64,000 nucleotides of DNA. Source: Pseudanabaena sp. Its GTDB lineage: Bacteria; Cyanobacteriota; Cyanobacteriia; Pseudanabaenales; Pseudanabaenaceae. Location: NCBI GenBank assembly GCA_044354985.1, contig JBIKYZ010000002.1, positions 2,324-66,323 on the forward strand, written 5' to 3'. The translations under genes were made by a program, and so were the position numbers. Each line of letters starts with the position of its first letter. Within the stretch, counting starts at the first letter, position 1. The notes under the pieces are model-generated. The model saw nothing but the letters and a program-made list of their open reading frames with translations. It was not told where the DNA came from and made no database searches. Shown here piece after piece: positions 9,646-20,001 of this stretch.

Positions 9646-10652
9646 TTAATCACAACAGTACCGACGGGCTGACGCTTCAAGCTGGCGGCGATAAAGTCTT
9701 GTACAAAAGAGAAATAAGAAGGAATGTATGGTGCTCCTTGTTGAATGAGATCTGACTTTAGCTCTTGATGAAGACGCGGTAGATGATACCAAGGTACGGC
9801 GGGGTAAAGATGATGCTCTAAATGATAGTTTTCATTACACATAAAAAATCTCACCAAAGGAATCGTCAAAATTGTGCGGGTTCCACGAACTAAATCTGCC
9901 TCATGTTCGAGCAAGGTGTGCTGACTCATCCCGCGAATATTGACCATTGTATTAATCCACAGCATCGGAATCAACCAACCATGAATTAGGAATGCTGTAG
10001 GAATAGGCGATCGCAGCACCCCTATCACCAATAAGCCCAGCAAAGCTACTTCGATCGCAATCCATACCCGTTCTGATTTATTTCCCTGCCAAAAGCCAAG
10101 GATCGGAATCGCAATAATGTAAACAGGATAACCAATGATCAATCTACCCCAATGCATCAAGAATGTTAGCCAGTTCCATTTGGTGTAGTTCTTGTAATGG
10201 TCGGGATCTCCTTCTATACCTAAGTGTTTGTGATGCTTGAGATGTAACACTTTGTATGCTGAGAAGTTTTGCCCAACGGGTAATGCGCAAAGAATACTCA
10301 GCCATCGATTCCAATGCGAGTTACGACTTAGTAATCCATGTACTCCTTCGTGGGTGAACAGACTAATGCCATGTAGAGAAGCTGCTGCTAATAAATACAG
10401 AGGTAAACAGAGAATGTATACCCAAGGTGTCGCGATCGCCTGTACTAAGGCATACAATGCAAGCGCCGCTACTAAGTACAAAACAATGAAGATCGGCAAG
10501 CGTTGAGGATGCTGATCAAGACTATGTAATTGCTTGAGTAGTTCGGCATCTAGCTTTGGCTTTTCTATCTCTTCACGAGTCTTATCCTGCTCAGGGCTAA
10601 GATTTTCCTTGTCTGAGAATTGTTGTGTTTTCATAGACCTAAGGATTTCCAC
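9642..10652 (-). CDS. Membrane fatty-acid-desaturase-family di-iron enzyme
   Basis: Three His boxes (HEGVHG, HLKHHKH, HLEHHLYP) set among TM segments. Hydrophilic 60-aa N-terminal extension. Confidence 0.8.
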   Translation of the reverse strand: MEILRSMKTQQFSDKENLSPEQDKTREEIEKPKLDAELLKQLHSLDQHPQRLPIFIVLYLVAALALYALVQAIATPWVYILCLPLYLLAAASLHGISLFTHEGVHGLLSRNSHWNRWLSILCALPVGQNFSAYKVLHLKHHKHLGIEGDPDHYKNYTKWNWLTFLMHWGRLIIGYPVYIIAIPILGFWQGNKSERVWIAIEVALLGLLVIGVLRSPIPTAFLIHGWLIPMLWINTMVNIRGMSQHTLLEHEADLVRGTRTILTIPLVRFFMCNENYHLEHHLYPAVPWYHLPRLHQELKSDLIQQGAPYIPSYFSFVQDFIAASLKRQPVGTVVIN

Positions 10653-10770
10653 AAAAAAGGATTAAAATGAGTTGCAATTATGAAATCTTATCTTTCATTC
10701 CTATCTTAAATTGTGCGCGATCTAAGTTTACATAGTGGTGACTGTCATCACAGGCGATCGATGATATAAA

Positions 10771-10860
10771 TGCGCTTTGCGCTTAAACCCAAACCAAAAA
10801 AACATAAAAGCGTTGCAAAGCAACGCTTTTATGTTTTTTTGGTTTGAGCGGCAATTGCTG
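10771..10860. repeat. Long hairpin repeat with the GCGCTTTGCGCT(C/T)AAACCCAAACC head
   Basis: CGCTTAAACCCAAACCAAAAAAACATAAAAGCGTTGC pairs with GCAACGCTTTTATGTTTTTTTGGTTTGAGCG. The head motif recurs at 16283, 43106 and 63959. Confidence 0.5.
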
Positions 10861-10893
10861 TAAATGCGCGATAACCTCCTCCATAAGCTAACC

Positions 10894-10932
10894 AAAAGGC
10901 AAGGGCAATTCATGAATTGCCCTTGCCTTTTT
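10894..10932 (-). terminator. Rho-independent terminator of gap
   Basis: AAAAGGCAAGGGCAATTC-ATG-AATTGCCCTTGCCTTTTT lies 5 nt after the gap stop codon. Confidence 0.75.
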
Positions 10933-10937
10933 AGGAT

Positions 10938-11999
<1,062 letters not shown>

Positions 12000-12182
12000 T
12001 CATGCTAACCCAAGTTCTATAGTCTAAAAACTCTAAAAACTTAATATGTCAGGGTTTGAATATATAAATATGGCGATCCCCAGCACTGTTGTCAGAAATA
12101 TATCAGCTTTTAGTCTTGAACAAAGAGGGATTTTTGGGTTTAAAGTTGGTGCATCTAAACTTGTTGAATTAGGGTTGCCTCT

Positions 12183-12743
12183 ATGAGTTTTTTTTATAAT
12201 GCTTACTTTCTGAAAACCCAACAGCCGATCGCCAAAGTTCAAGAAAAACTTCCACAGCCTGAACAGATTCCTAATTCAGATTGGATTGTTTGCGATTTTG
12301 GCGATAGCTATGTTGATGGGACATTCGAGGAAGATACATATTTGACCCAAGAGCTTTCAGAAGAATTTGGTGAAGTGATTTTCATTGCGATTGATACAAG
12401 CAACGATCAATTAGATTATGAACATTCCCTAGATGGTGTAATTCTGAGGAAGTTGTCATGGCTTTCCGATGGTTGCGAATCGACTTGGATGTGCGTTGAA
12501 GGTGAGATAGAAGAATGGGAACGAACTTCGATCTTTTCATTGGATAATTTAAACCGCACCAAGGAAATGATTCGCTACAATCGCCATTTACAATTACTCC
12601 CTGCTGCTGAGATGGAAGTTAAAGAACAAGAGTTACAGAATATTTGGCAAAACCCTCAATATTTACTCAATAGTCAATTGCCACTAGGCGATGCCACTTT
12701 AGGTATGGTAATTCAGAAACATTTCTTTGGTATCACCGAATAA
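12183..12743 (+). CDS. Hypothetical protein
   Basis: 186-aa acidic ORF followed by a strong hairpin (12742-12796). No family recognised. Confidence 0.4.
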   Translation: MSFFYNAYFLKTQQPIAKVQEKLPQPEQIPNSDWIVCDFGDSYVDGTFEEDTYLTQELSEEFGEVIFIAIDTSNDQLDYEHSLDGVILRKLSWLSDGCESTWMCVEGEIEEWERTSIFSLDNLNRTKEMIRYNRHLQLLPAAEMEVKEQELQNIWQNPQYLLNSQLPLGDATLGMVIQKHFFGITE

Positions 12744-12848
12744 AACCCAAAGAGTGTGAAGCGGCGCAAAGCTCAGCCTCACACTCTTTGGGTTTTATCC
12801 AAAATCGCGTTAAAGTAGTCCTACATCTAAAATATTCAGTCTATTAGG

Positions 12849-13613
12849 ATGACAAATTTTATGTCTCGTTTACCTCTTGCCTTGGCAACCGCCTTTGACC
12901 GCCGCAACGCTCTCAAAATTATTAGCGGTATCCAAAACTTCGATCGCAACTCCGTGAAAATGGTCGTGCAGGCAGCCGATCGCGGTGGCGCTACCTTTGT
13001 TGACATCGCGGCTGATGCTGAGCTAATTGCGATCGCTAAGTCTAATTGCTCTTTGCCTATTTGTGTATCCGCAGTCGAAGCTCACAAGTTGGCTGAGGCT
13101 GTGGCTAATGGTGCAGATCTAGTCGAAATCGGTAACTACGATAGCTTCTATGCGCAAGGTCGGATTTTTACCGCCGATGAAATCATTGCTTTGACTGCCG
13201 AAACTAGAGCATTATTGCCTCATACCGCTATCTCGGTCACAGTCCCACACACATTGCCTCTAGATGAGCAAGTCACCCTCGCTGAGAAACTCGAAGCGAT
13301 CGGGGCAGACATCATCCAAACTGAAGGTGGCAAAAGCTCGGCTCCAACTCATGCAGGTATCCTCGGTGCGATCGAAAAAGCATCTCCAACCCTCGCCGCT
13401 GCCCATGCCATCAGCCGCGCTGTATCAATCCCCGTACTTTGCGCTTCTGGATTGAGCAATATCACAGCACCTATGGCGATCGCTTCGGGTGCTTCAGGTG
13501 TTGGTGTTGGCTCCGCAGTTAACCAATTAAATGACGTGGTTTCCATGATTGCGACTGTTCGCGCTCTTAGAGAAGCGATTAATAGCAATGTTGCTAATCA
13601 AGCGATCGTGTAA
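12849..13613 (+). CDS. ycf23: Ycf23 / DUF561 family TIM-barrel protein
   Basis: ALKIISGIQNFDRNSVKMVVQAADRGGATFVDIAAD matches the Ycf23 N-terminal signature. Confidence 0.7.
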   Translation: MTNFMSRLPLALATAFDRRNALKIISGIQNFDRNSVKMVVQAADRGGATFVDIAADAELIAIAKSNCSLPICVSAVEAHKLAEAVANGADLVEIGNYDSFYAQGRIFTADEIIALTAETRALLPHTAISVTVPHTLPLDEQVTLAEKLEAIGADIIQTEGGKSSAPTHAGILGAIEKASPTLAAAHAISRAVSIPVLCASGLSNITAPMAIASGASGVGVGSAVNQLNDVVSMIATVRALREAINSNVANQAIV

Positions 13614-13770
13614 AATTAAGCTCTATTAAGTCTCCTCCTATCTCCCAAATTGGAAGAGGGGAGGAGACAAGTTCTTCTCTTTCCCGTTTCTACAGCCAAG
13701 AAATCAGAAAAAATCATACCTTTAACTTTTTAAAGGCTAAAGCTGTTTTTGATAACTATAAGGAGGGTAT

Positions 13771-13995
13771 ATGAAATTCTTAGAAGTTTTTAAAGAAGCT
13801 AATGGACAATACTCGTCAGTTAGAGTTCAGGTTTGGCTAGTCATTTTGTGCTTTTGTGGAGATTGGATTTGGCATATTGTTAGAGACAAAACATATGCTC
13901 CTGATATATCGATAGTGGGGATTGTTTTGGGTGTTCTGGGCGCAAAAGTAGTTCAGAAATTTGGGGAGGAGGGTAGTGCTGGTAAATCACAATAA
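13771..13995 (+). CDS. Small hypothetical membrane protein (2 TM)
   Basis: 74 aa with a GGAGGG SD 7 nt upstream. Two hydrophobic segments (VWLVILCFCGDWIW, ISIVGIVLGVLGAKVV). Confidence 0.35.
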   Translation: MKFLEVFKEANGQYSSVRVQVWLVILCFCGDWIWHIVRDKTYAPDISIVGIVLGVLGAKVVQKFGEEGSAGKSQ

Positions 13996-14024
13996 AAATT
14001 CACCCCATATCCGTTGAAACTACT

Positions 14025-15101
14025 ATGACAGGTTTACGTCGAATCATCTGTTCTACTCAAGGAGCAATCGATCTCCAAATTAACGGAGCATTGGGGATTT
14101 CCTTTAACGATCTAAATAGCGATCACGCTTCACGCATACCAGAAATTTGCCAGTTTTTATATCAACAGGGGCTAGACGGATTTTTGCCCACACTTGTAAC
14201 TACATCTATTGAGCAAACGCATCGATCGCTACTTGTTCTGGCTAAAGCAATCTCCTATCAAACGCGAAATCCTAATCCTCTCGAAGCCAAAATTTTAGGC
14301 GTGCATCTTGAGGGGCCATTTCTTCATCCTGACAAAAGGGGCGCACATCCGCAGCAACATTTATTACCGCTAAATCTCGAAACATTGCAGCAGGTATTAG
14401 GTGATTACACCAAAATTATTAAACTTGTTACCCTCGCGCCCGAACTCGATCCCACTGGTGAAACTATCAAATATCTATGCGATCGCAATATTACTGTTAG
14501 CTTAGGACACTCTACGGCTAATGCTGAGCAAACAAGATTAGCGATCGAGCAAGGCGCAACTATGGTTACTCATGCCTTTAATGCCATGCCAAGTTTGCAT
14601 CATCGGGATGTCGGTTTATTAGGTGAATCAATTTTAAGCGATCAGGTTTGGTGCGGATTAATCTCCGATGGAGTTCATGTTTCACCCGAAATGATCAAAC
14701 TACTCTATCGGATGACAAACAAAATTTTTCTAGTCAGCGATGCGCTTGCACCACTCGGTTTACCAGATGGCACTTATCCTTGGGATGATCGCCAGATTAC
14801 GATTAAAAATGGCACAGCAAGATTACCCGATGGCACGCTCTCAGGCACGACACTGCCCTTAATCAATGCAGTCAATAATCTGATCGAGTGGGGAGTTTGT
14901 GAGCCAGAAAATGCTATTAAATTAGCGATCGACTCTCCCCGCCTTGCCATAAATCTTGAAATCGATCAAGATGCGCCTCAAAGGCTCACTTGGTGTAGTT
15001 ACTCGTTCTCGTCTCCTGGACGAGCCGGCTCTACTTCGTTCGTCTGTGAAATTAGTGGAATGCAACGAAAAAATGATCCATATAAAACCCAAAAATGTTG
15101 A
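14025..15101 (+). CDS. nagA: N-acetylglucosamine-6-phosphate deacetylase
   Basis: IDLQINGALGISFND, HLEGPFL, LGHS and THAFNAM metal/active-site motifs of the NagA amidohydrolase family. The last codons lie inside a hairpin repeat. Confidence 0.8.
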   Translation: MTGLRRIICSTQGAIDLQINGALGISFNDLNSDHASRIPEICQFLYQQGLDGFLPTLVTTSIEQTHRSLLVLAKAISYQTRNPNPLEAKILGVHLEGPFLHPDKRGAHPQQHLLPLNLETLQQVLGDYTKIIKLVTLAPELDPTGETIKYLCDRNITVSLGHSTANAEQTRLAIEQGATMVTHAFNAMPSLHHRDVGLLGESILSDQVWCGLISDGVHVSPEMIKLLYRMTNKIFLVSDALAPLGLPDGTYPWDDRQITIKNGTARLPDGTLSGTTLPLINAVNNLIEWGVCEPENAIKLAIDSPRLAINLEIDQDAPQRLTWCSYSFSSPGRAGSTSFVCEISGMQRKNDPYKTQKC

Positions 15102-15180
15102 GGTGGGCTAAGCTCACCTCAACATTTTTGGGTTCAATTATTTTCTGTATATCCCTCAATTAAATATAGATAAGAACCGA

Positions 15181-15217
15181 TTTTTGAGTGGCGCGGCGAA
15201 GCCGTGCCACTCAAAAA
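15181..15217 (-). terminator. Hairpin terminator downstream of accD
   Basis: TTTTTGAGTGGCGCG-GCGAAGC-CGTGCCACTCAAAAA lies 6 nt past the accD stop. Confidence 0.6.
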
Positions 15218-15222
15218 TTGGT

Positions 15223-16191
15223 TCATAAGCTTAGCGTACTATCAGACATAGCATGGGTTACAGACTTAGTAGCACTATTAAGATTTTGATTGGTAGCAAT
15301 AAACTCTTGATGTTGATGCATTTTTAAAATCATTGCCAAACTTTGCTTGAGCTTAGTTCTTGGTACAACCGCATCTACAAATCCATGATCGAGCAAATAT
15401 TCTGATGACTGGAAGCCATCGGGAATTTTTTGCTTTAGGGTCTGCTCGATGACTCGCCGCCCTGTAAAACCGATTAAAGCTTTAGGCTCCGCCAAAATAA
15501 TATCGCCGAGCATTGCAAAACTCGCAGTCACGCCGCCCGTAGTGGGATTTGTCAAAACGGGAATATAAAGCAAATTAGCTTGCCGATGACGCTCAAGAGC
15601 CGCCGAGGTCTTTGCCATTTGCATTAAGCTCAAAATTCCTTCTTGCATCCGTGCTCCACCCGAAGCACAAAATATCAAAGCAGGAAAGCGTTTTGCAGTA
15701 GCAGTCTCTAGCATACGGGTGATTTTTTCACCCACTACCGATCCCATACTGCCGCCCATAAAGCGAAAATCCATTACTGCCATTGCAGCATCACACCCAT
15801 CGATCTTGCCAGTTCCAGTGATCACCCCATCACTTAAACCAGTTTTTTGCTTATATTCTTTGATGCGATCTATATAAGGCTTACGATCTTTAAAACCTAG
15901 TGGATCACAAGAAGTTAAATCTGGATCCATTTCCTGCCATGTACCCGCATCAATCAGCTGAGCTATACGCTCATAAGCATTAACCTGATTGTGATGACCA
16001 CATTCTGGGCAAACCATCAAATTGATTTTTAGATCCTTTACGTAGGTTAAAGCACCACAACTAGAACATTTGTGCCACAAACCGTCAGGAATTTCGCGTT
16101 CTTGAGAATTTTGATTTAGATTAGGAGTCTTGCGGTGATATGCTTCACCTGCACGGGAACGGGTTTCAGCAAACCAATCAAACAGTGACAT
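15223..16191 (-). CDS. accD: Acetyl-CoA carboxylase carboxyltransferase beta subunit
   Basis: N-terminal Cys4 zinc ribbon (CSSCGALTY...CPECGHH) and the carboxyltransferase core ([19 protein letters not shown]). Confidence 0.92.
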   Translation of the reverse strand: MSLFDWFAETRSRAGEAYHRKTPNLNQNSQEREIPDGLWHKCSSCGALTYVKDLKINLMVCPECGHHNQVNAYERIAQLIDAGTWQEMDPDLTSCDPLGFKDRKPYIDRIKEYKQKTGLSDGVITGTGKIDGCDAAMAVMDFRFMGGSMGSVVGEKITRMLETATAKRFPALIFCASGGARMQEGILSLMQMAKTSAALERHRQANLLYIPVLTNPTTGGVTASFAMLGDIILAEPKALIGFTGRRVIEQTLKQKIPDGFQSSEYLLDHGFVDAVVPRTKLKQSLAMILKMHQHQEFIATNQNLNSATKSVTHAMSDSTLSL

Positions 16192-16320
16192 AGCGGCTCA
16201 CGGTTTACAGAACAAGCTTTAGTTGTCAATATTGACAGACGACAACTGTAGCCAAAAATACAAGTGTAACTTTGTCATCATACAGCGCTTTGCACTCTCA
16301 GTAAAACTGAAGAGCGCTGT

Positions 16321-16448
16321 CAGCAATTCTCATTATGAAACCAATTTTGTATTTTCCCCTGCTTGCGGTGGGAAATACAAAATTGGTTTTTTGAAAATCA
16401 GCCGCAGACTGATTTTCAAAAAACCAATTTTTAAAATTAGAATTGCTA
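16321..16448. mobile_element. MITE-like element, degenerate copy of the 23396-23526 family
   Basis: Starts CAGCAATTCTCATTATGAAACC and ends ...TTAGAATTGCT. Two internal hairpins. Shares the GGTTTTTTGAAA and TTTCAAAAAACC(A/G)ATTTT blocks with the other copy. Confidence 0.55.
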
Positions 16449-16477
16449 GATCGATGCAAAAGCATCGCCATTCAGTT

Positions 16478-18337
16478 TTATTCTAAGCTGTCGCTCGGTT
16501 TCTGCTTGACCCGCTCAACTTGGGAGTATTTCTCAACTGTTTGAGTCACTTCAAATAGGGATTGCTGCAAGGGTTTAATTGCAGTTTGTAAGTCTTCATA
16601 AGTAGCTTCTTCAGCTTCGTATAAATTCTTGAGAGCTTCCATGTTCTTAAGTGTAGGTTCACGCAAACTTGAAGTGATCACCGAGGGACCATTATCTCTG
16701 AGGATTTCTTCAACAGTGCGAATCAGGTTAGATGCTTGGTTCCGCATATTTGCTAATTCACGGCGAGCCTCATCTTCTTCAGAATAGACTTCAGCCTCCA
16801 TCCGCATTCTCTCAATTTCACTAGGGCTTAAGCCACCTGTGTTAGTGATGCTAATACTTTGCTCAACCCCAGTATCAATATCTCGGGCAGACACCTTGAG
16901 AATACCGTTAGCGTCAATATCAAAGGAAACCTCGATCTGCGGAATACCGCGAGGCGCGGGACGAATTCCCTCAAGCTCAAACTTGCCGAGGCTCTTATTG
17001 TCCTTGACCATTGCCCGTTCACCTTGAAGCACATGGATTTCTACTGCCGATTGATTATCAACGGCGGTGGAGAAAATCTGGGACTTGCTAGTAGGGATGG
17101 TGGTGTTACGCTCTAGGTTTTTGGTAAATACACCGCCTTGAGTTTCCAGACCAATTGAAAGGGGAATTACGTCTAGTAATAAGAGATCCTTAACCTCACC
17201 ACCTAAGATCCCCGCTTGCACAGCAGCCCCGATCGCTACGGCTTCATCAGGGTTAACTGACTGATCTGGCTTTTTGCCATCAAAAAATCTGGAGATCGCA
17301 TCTTGTACAGAAGGAATACGAGTAGAGCCACCAACCAAAATAATCCGATTGATCTCTTTCGGCAATAATCCCGCATCTTTAAGAGCTTGAGCCGTGGGTT
17401 CGAGTGTTGCTTTGACTAAAGATGCAGTAATCTCATCAAATTTAGAGCGCGTAAAGTCTAGCTCAATGGTCTTGGGTCCTGTTGCATCAGATGCAATAAA
17501 TGGCAAGCTAATCAAGGTTGACGGTGCGCTTGAAAGCTCAATTTTGGCTTTTTCAGCAGCTTCTTTGAGTCGCTGCAAAGCAGTTTTGTCAGCCGCTAAG
17601 TCAATTCCTTCTTTTTGTTTAAAGTCAGCAACTAGCCAATCTACAATCATAGCGTCAAAGTCATCACCACCAAGGTGATTATTCCCTGATGTTGCCTTAA
17701 CTTCAAAAATACCATCGCCAAGTTGTAGCACGGACACATCAAATGTACCGCCGCCAAGGTCAAACACTAAAACAATCTGATCTTGGTCTTGTTTGTCCAA
17801 GCCATAGGCGAGTGCAGCTGCGGTAGGTTCATTGACAATCCGCAAAACCTCCATGCCCGAAATCGCCCCAGCATCTTTTGTCGCTTGGCGCTGAGTATCG
17901 GTGAAATAGGCAGGAACGGTAATAACCGCTTGCGTCACTTCTTCACCTAGATAGTTCTCGGCATCTTGCTTAAGTTTTTGCAAGATCATTGCCGAAATTT
18001 CTTGAGGAGTGTAGGCACGATCGCCAATTTGGACATCTACAGTACTATCTTTACCCTTGACCGCAGTGTAAGGAACGCGGCTGCGTTCCTGTTCGGTCTC
18101 ATCCCAGCTACGACCAATAAATCGTTTGATACTGTAAACCGTATTTACTGAGTTGGTAACTGATTGGCGCTTAGCAACCTGCCCAACAATGCGCTCGCTG
18201 CTGTCTTTGACAAAAGCGACAATACTAGGTGTGGTTCGCCCTCCCTCTGCACTAGAGATGACAACAGGTTTACCACCTTCTAAAACAGAAACACAACTGT
18301 TTGTCGTACCAAGGTCGATCCCAATTACTTTCGACAT
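16478..18337 (-). CDS. dnaK: Molecular chaperone DnaK (Hsp70)
   Basis: [23 protein letters not shown] and VGGSTRIP motifs. 619 aa. Confidence 0.97.
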   Translation of the reverse strand: MSKVIGIDLGTTNSCVSVLEGGKPVVISSAEGGRTTPSIVAFVKDSSERIVGQVAKRQSVTNSVNTVYSIKRFIGRSWDETEQERSRVPYTAVKGKDSTVDVQIGDRAYTPQEISAMILQKLKQDAENYLGEEVTQAVITVPAYFTDTQRQATKDAGAISGMEVLRIVNEPTAAALAYGLDKQDQDQIVLVFDLGGGTFDVSVLQLGDGIFEVKATSGNNHLGGDDFDAMIVDWLVADFKQKEGIDLAADKTALQRLKEAAEKAKIELSSAPSTLISLPFIASDATGPKTIELDFTRSKFDEITASLVKATLEPTAQALKDAGLLPKEINRIILVGGSTRIPSVQDAISRFFDGKKPDQSVNPDEAVAIGAAVQAGILGGEVKDLLLLDVIPLSIGLETQGGVFTKNLERNTTIPTSKSQIFSTAVDNQSAVEIHVLQGERAMVKDNKSLGKFELEGIRPAPRGIPQIEVSFDIDANGILKVSARDIDTGVEQSISITNTGGLSPSEIERMRMEAEVYSEEDEARRELANMRNQASNLIRTVEEILRDNGPSVITSSLREPTLKNMEALKNLYEAEEATYEDLQTAIKPLQQSLFEVTQTVEKYSQVERVKQKPSDSLE

Positions 18338-18453
18338 ATTCGCCAGTTCCGTTAAAAGCTTTTTTAAAAGTTTAGCTTAATGAATTTCTGAATAATGTAC
18401 CCTAAGAATGCATTTCAAGATGCAATCGCGATCGCAATCTTGAAATATTTATA

Positions 18454-19212
18454 CTAGTTAGATTCGCCAGAGCTATCTTCGGTCGTATTTTCAGAGGGGG
18501 TACTATCGCCACCATCAATTTTGCCAGATGATACTTTAACCAGAGAATGACGCAAAACTCGGTCGTCGCTGACTAAATATCCTGGGCGCAATTCCTCAGT
18601 GATTATGCCTTCGCCATATTCAGTCGATGGTTCTTGCATAATTGCTTCATGGAAATTAGGGTCAAAGTCTTGACCGACACATTCCATTCTGACTACCCCT
18701 GTCTCTTTGAGGCATTTGAGTAACTGCTTGTATACCGATTGATAACTTTTGTGAATTGACGCTTCACCATCTGTTTTGGGTGAAATTTGTAGCTGGGCTC
18801 GTTCAAAATCATCAACTACAGGCAATATTTTTTTGAGGATCTTGCCTGTAATTGAGCCTTCTTGCTCTTCTTTATCCCGCTCTGTACGTTTACGAAAGTT
18901 TTCAAAATCGGCATAAAGTCGTAAATATTGTTGCTTGCGATCGTCTAGTTGCTCTCTAAGCGATGTAGCTTCAGCGATTAAACCATTAATTTTGTCTAGC
19001 GTTGCTGCGGCTGCGGCGGTTGCTTTACTTGCTTCAGGTTTTGATTCGTTAGCTGTAGTCGCAGCTGCATGAGAGTCTTCTAGCACAGACGATTCTGGAT
19101 TTGTGATTTGATTTAATTCTTCGGTTGCAAGTTGTTGCAGCCGAGACTCAAGTACGTCATCATCTTCGTCGATGAGGTCGTCAGAATTTAGGTTGTTTTC
19201 TTCTTCGATCAT
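18454..19212 (-). CDS. grpE: Nucleotide exchange factor GrpE
   Basis: LRLYADFENFRKRTERDKEE signature with an acidic N-terminal extension. Directly upstream of dnaK. Confidence 0.9.
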   Translation of the reverse strand: MIEEENNLNSDDLIDEDDDVLESRLQQLATEELNQITNPESSVLEDSHAAATTANESKPEASKATAAAAATLDKINGLIAEATSLREQLDDRKQQYLRLYADFENFRKRTERDKEEQEGSITGKILKKILPVVDDFERAQLQISPKTDGEASIHKSYQSVYKQLLKCLKETGVVRMECVGQDFDPNFHEAIMQEPSTEYGEGIITEELRPGYLVSDDRVLRHSLVKVSSGKIDGGDSTPSENTTEDSSGESN

Positions 19213-19433
19213 TACAGTGATACTCTTTTAGCGCTTTTTAGACTAGCAGTAAATTGCTAAGAGTTAAAATTTAAGTGTTTAGTTTTGACATTTTTTGCTC
19301 AGTCATTTCGATTTTACTCTTTATCTGAGACAACGTATAGCAGTTAGTGTCATAAAACAGACAAACAAGGGAGAATAGTAGTGCACTTGTTGATTTTTGG
19401 CAGATATTTGAATTTGTAAGGCGATCGCTATTT

Positions 19434-19943
19434 ATGAAAATCCGTGCTGAGAGACTAGAAGATCTCAAGGAAATTTGTGCAGTCAATATAGCCGCCTTTG
19501 AGCAAGAAAATGAGGCAATTTTAGTTGATCGGTTAAGGGGGATTGACAACACACTTTCTTTTGTTGCTGAAGAATCCGAACAAATTGTCGGTCATATTTT
19601 CTTCAGTCCCGTTACGCTCGATGGTAAATGTCCTGAAGAATTAATGATTCTTGGCTTAGCGCCATTAGCAGTCTTGCCTCAATATCAACGGCGAGGCATT
19701 GGCACGCTATTGATTAAACTTAGTTTGGAGAAATGTACTGATTTAGGATGCAAAGCTGTGGTGGTGTTGGGATCTCCAGCATACTATTCACGTTTTGGGT
19801 TTATTTCCGCAAAAGAGAAGGGCTTAAAGTGTGAATACCAAGTTCTAGATGATGTTTTTATGGTCTTAGAATTGCAAAATGGAGCTTTGGATGGTTGTCA
19901 TGGAACCGTCAAATATCGATTAGAGTTCCAAGAATGCGCGTAG
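19434..19943 (+). CDS. GNAT family N-acetyltransferase
   Basis: 169 aa with motif A (VLPQYQRRGIGTLLIKLSLE). Confidence 0.8.
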   Translation: MKIRAERLEDLKEICAVNIAAFEQENEAILVDRLRGIDNTLSFVAEESEQIVGHIFFSPVTLDGKCPEELMILGLAPLAVLPQYQRRGIGTLLIKLSLEKCTDLGCKAVVVLGSPAYYSRFGFISAKEKGLKCEYQVLDDVFMVLELQNGALDGCHGTVKYRLEFQECA

Positions 19944-19960
19944 CGATCGCTTGTGTGAAA

Positions 19961-19999
19961 GCCAATATAAAGGGTGGCGAAGCCGCCCTTTATATTGGC
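19961..19999. terminator. Bidirectional hairpin between convergent genes
   Basis: GCCAATATAAAGGGTG-GCGAAGC-CGCCCTTTATATTGGC lies between ends at 19943 (+) and 20002 (-). Confidence 0.6.
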
Positions 20000-20001
20000 T
20001 T

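Noticed and set aside
10728-10913. 61-aa ORF between the desaturase gene and gap
   Set aside because: It spans the long hairpin repeat and the gap terminator, so it is not plausibly coding. The same applies to 61561-61782, which covers the triple-hairpin array.
16223-16486. 87-aa ORF between accD and dnaK
   Set aside because: It is composed almost entirely of the MITE-like element and the adjacent repeat head, and the reading frame runs through hairpin arms.
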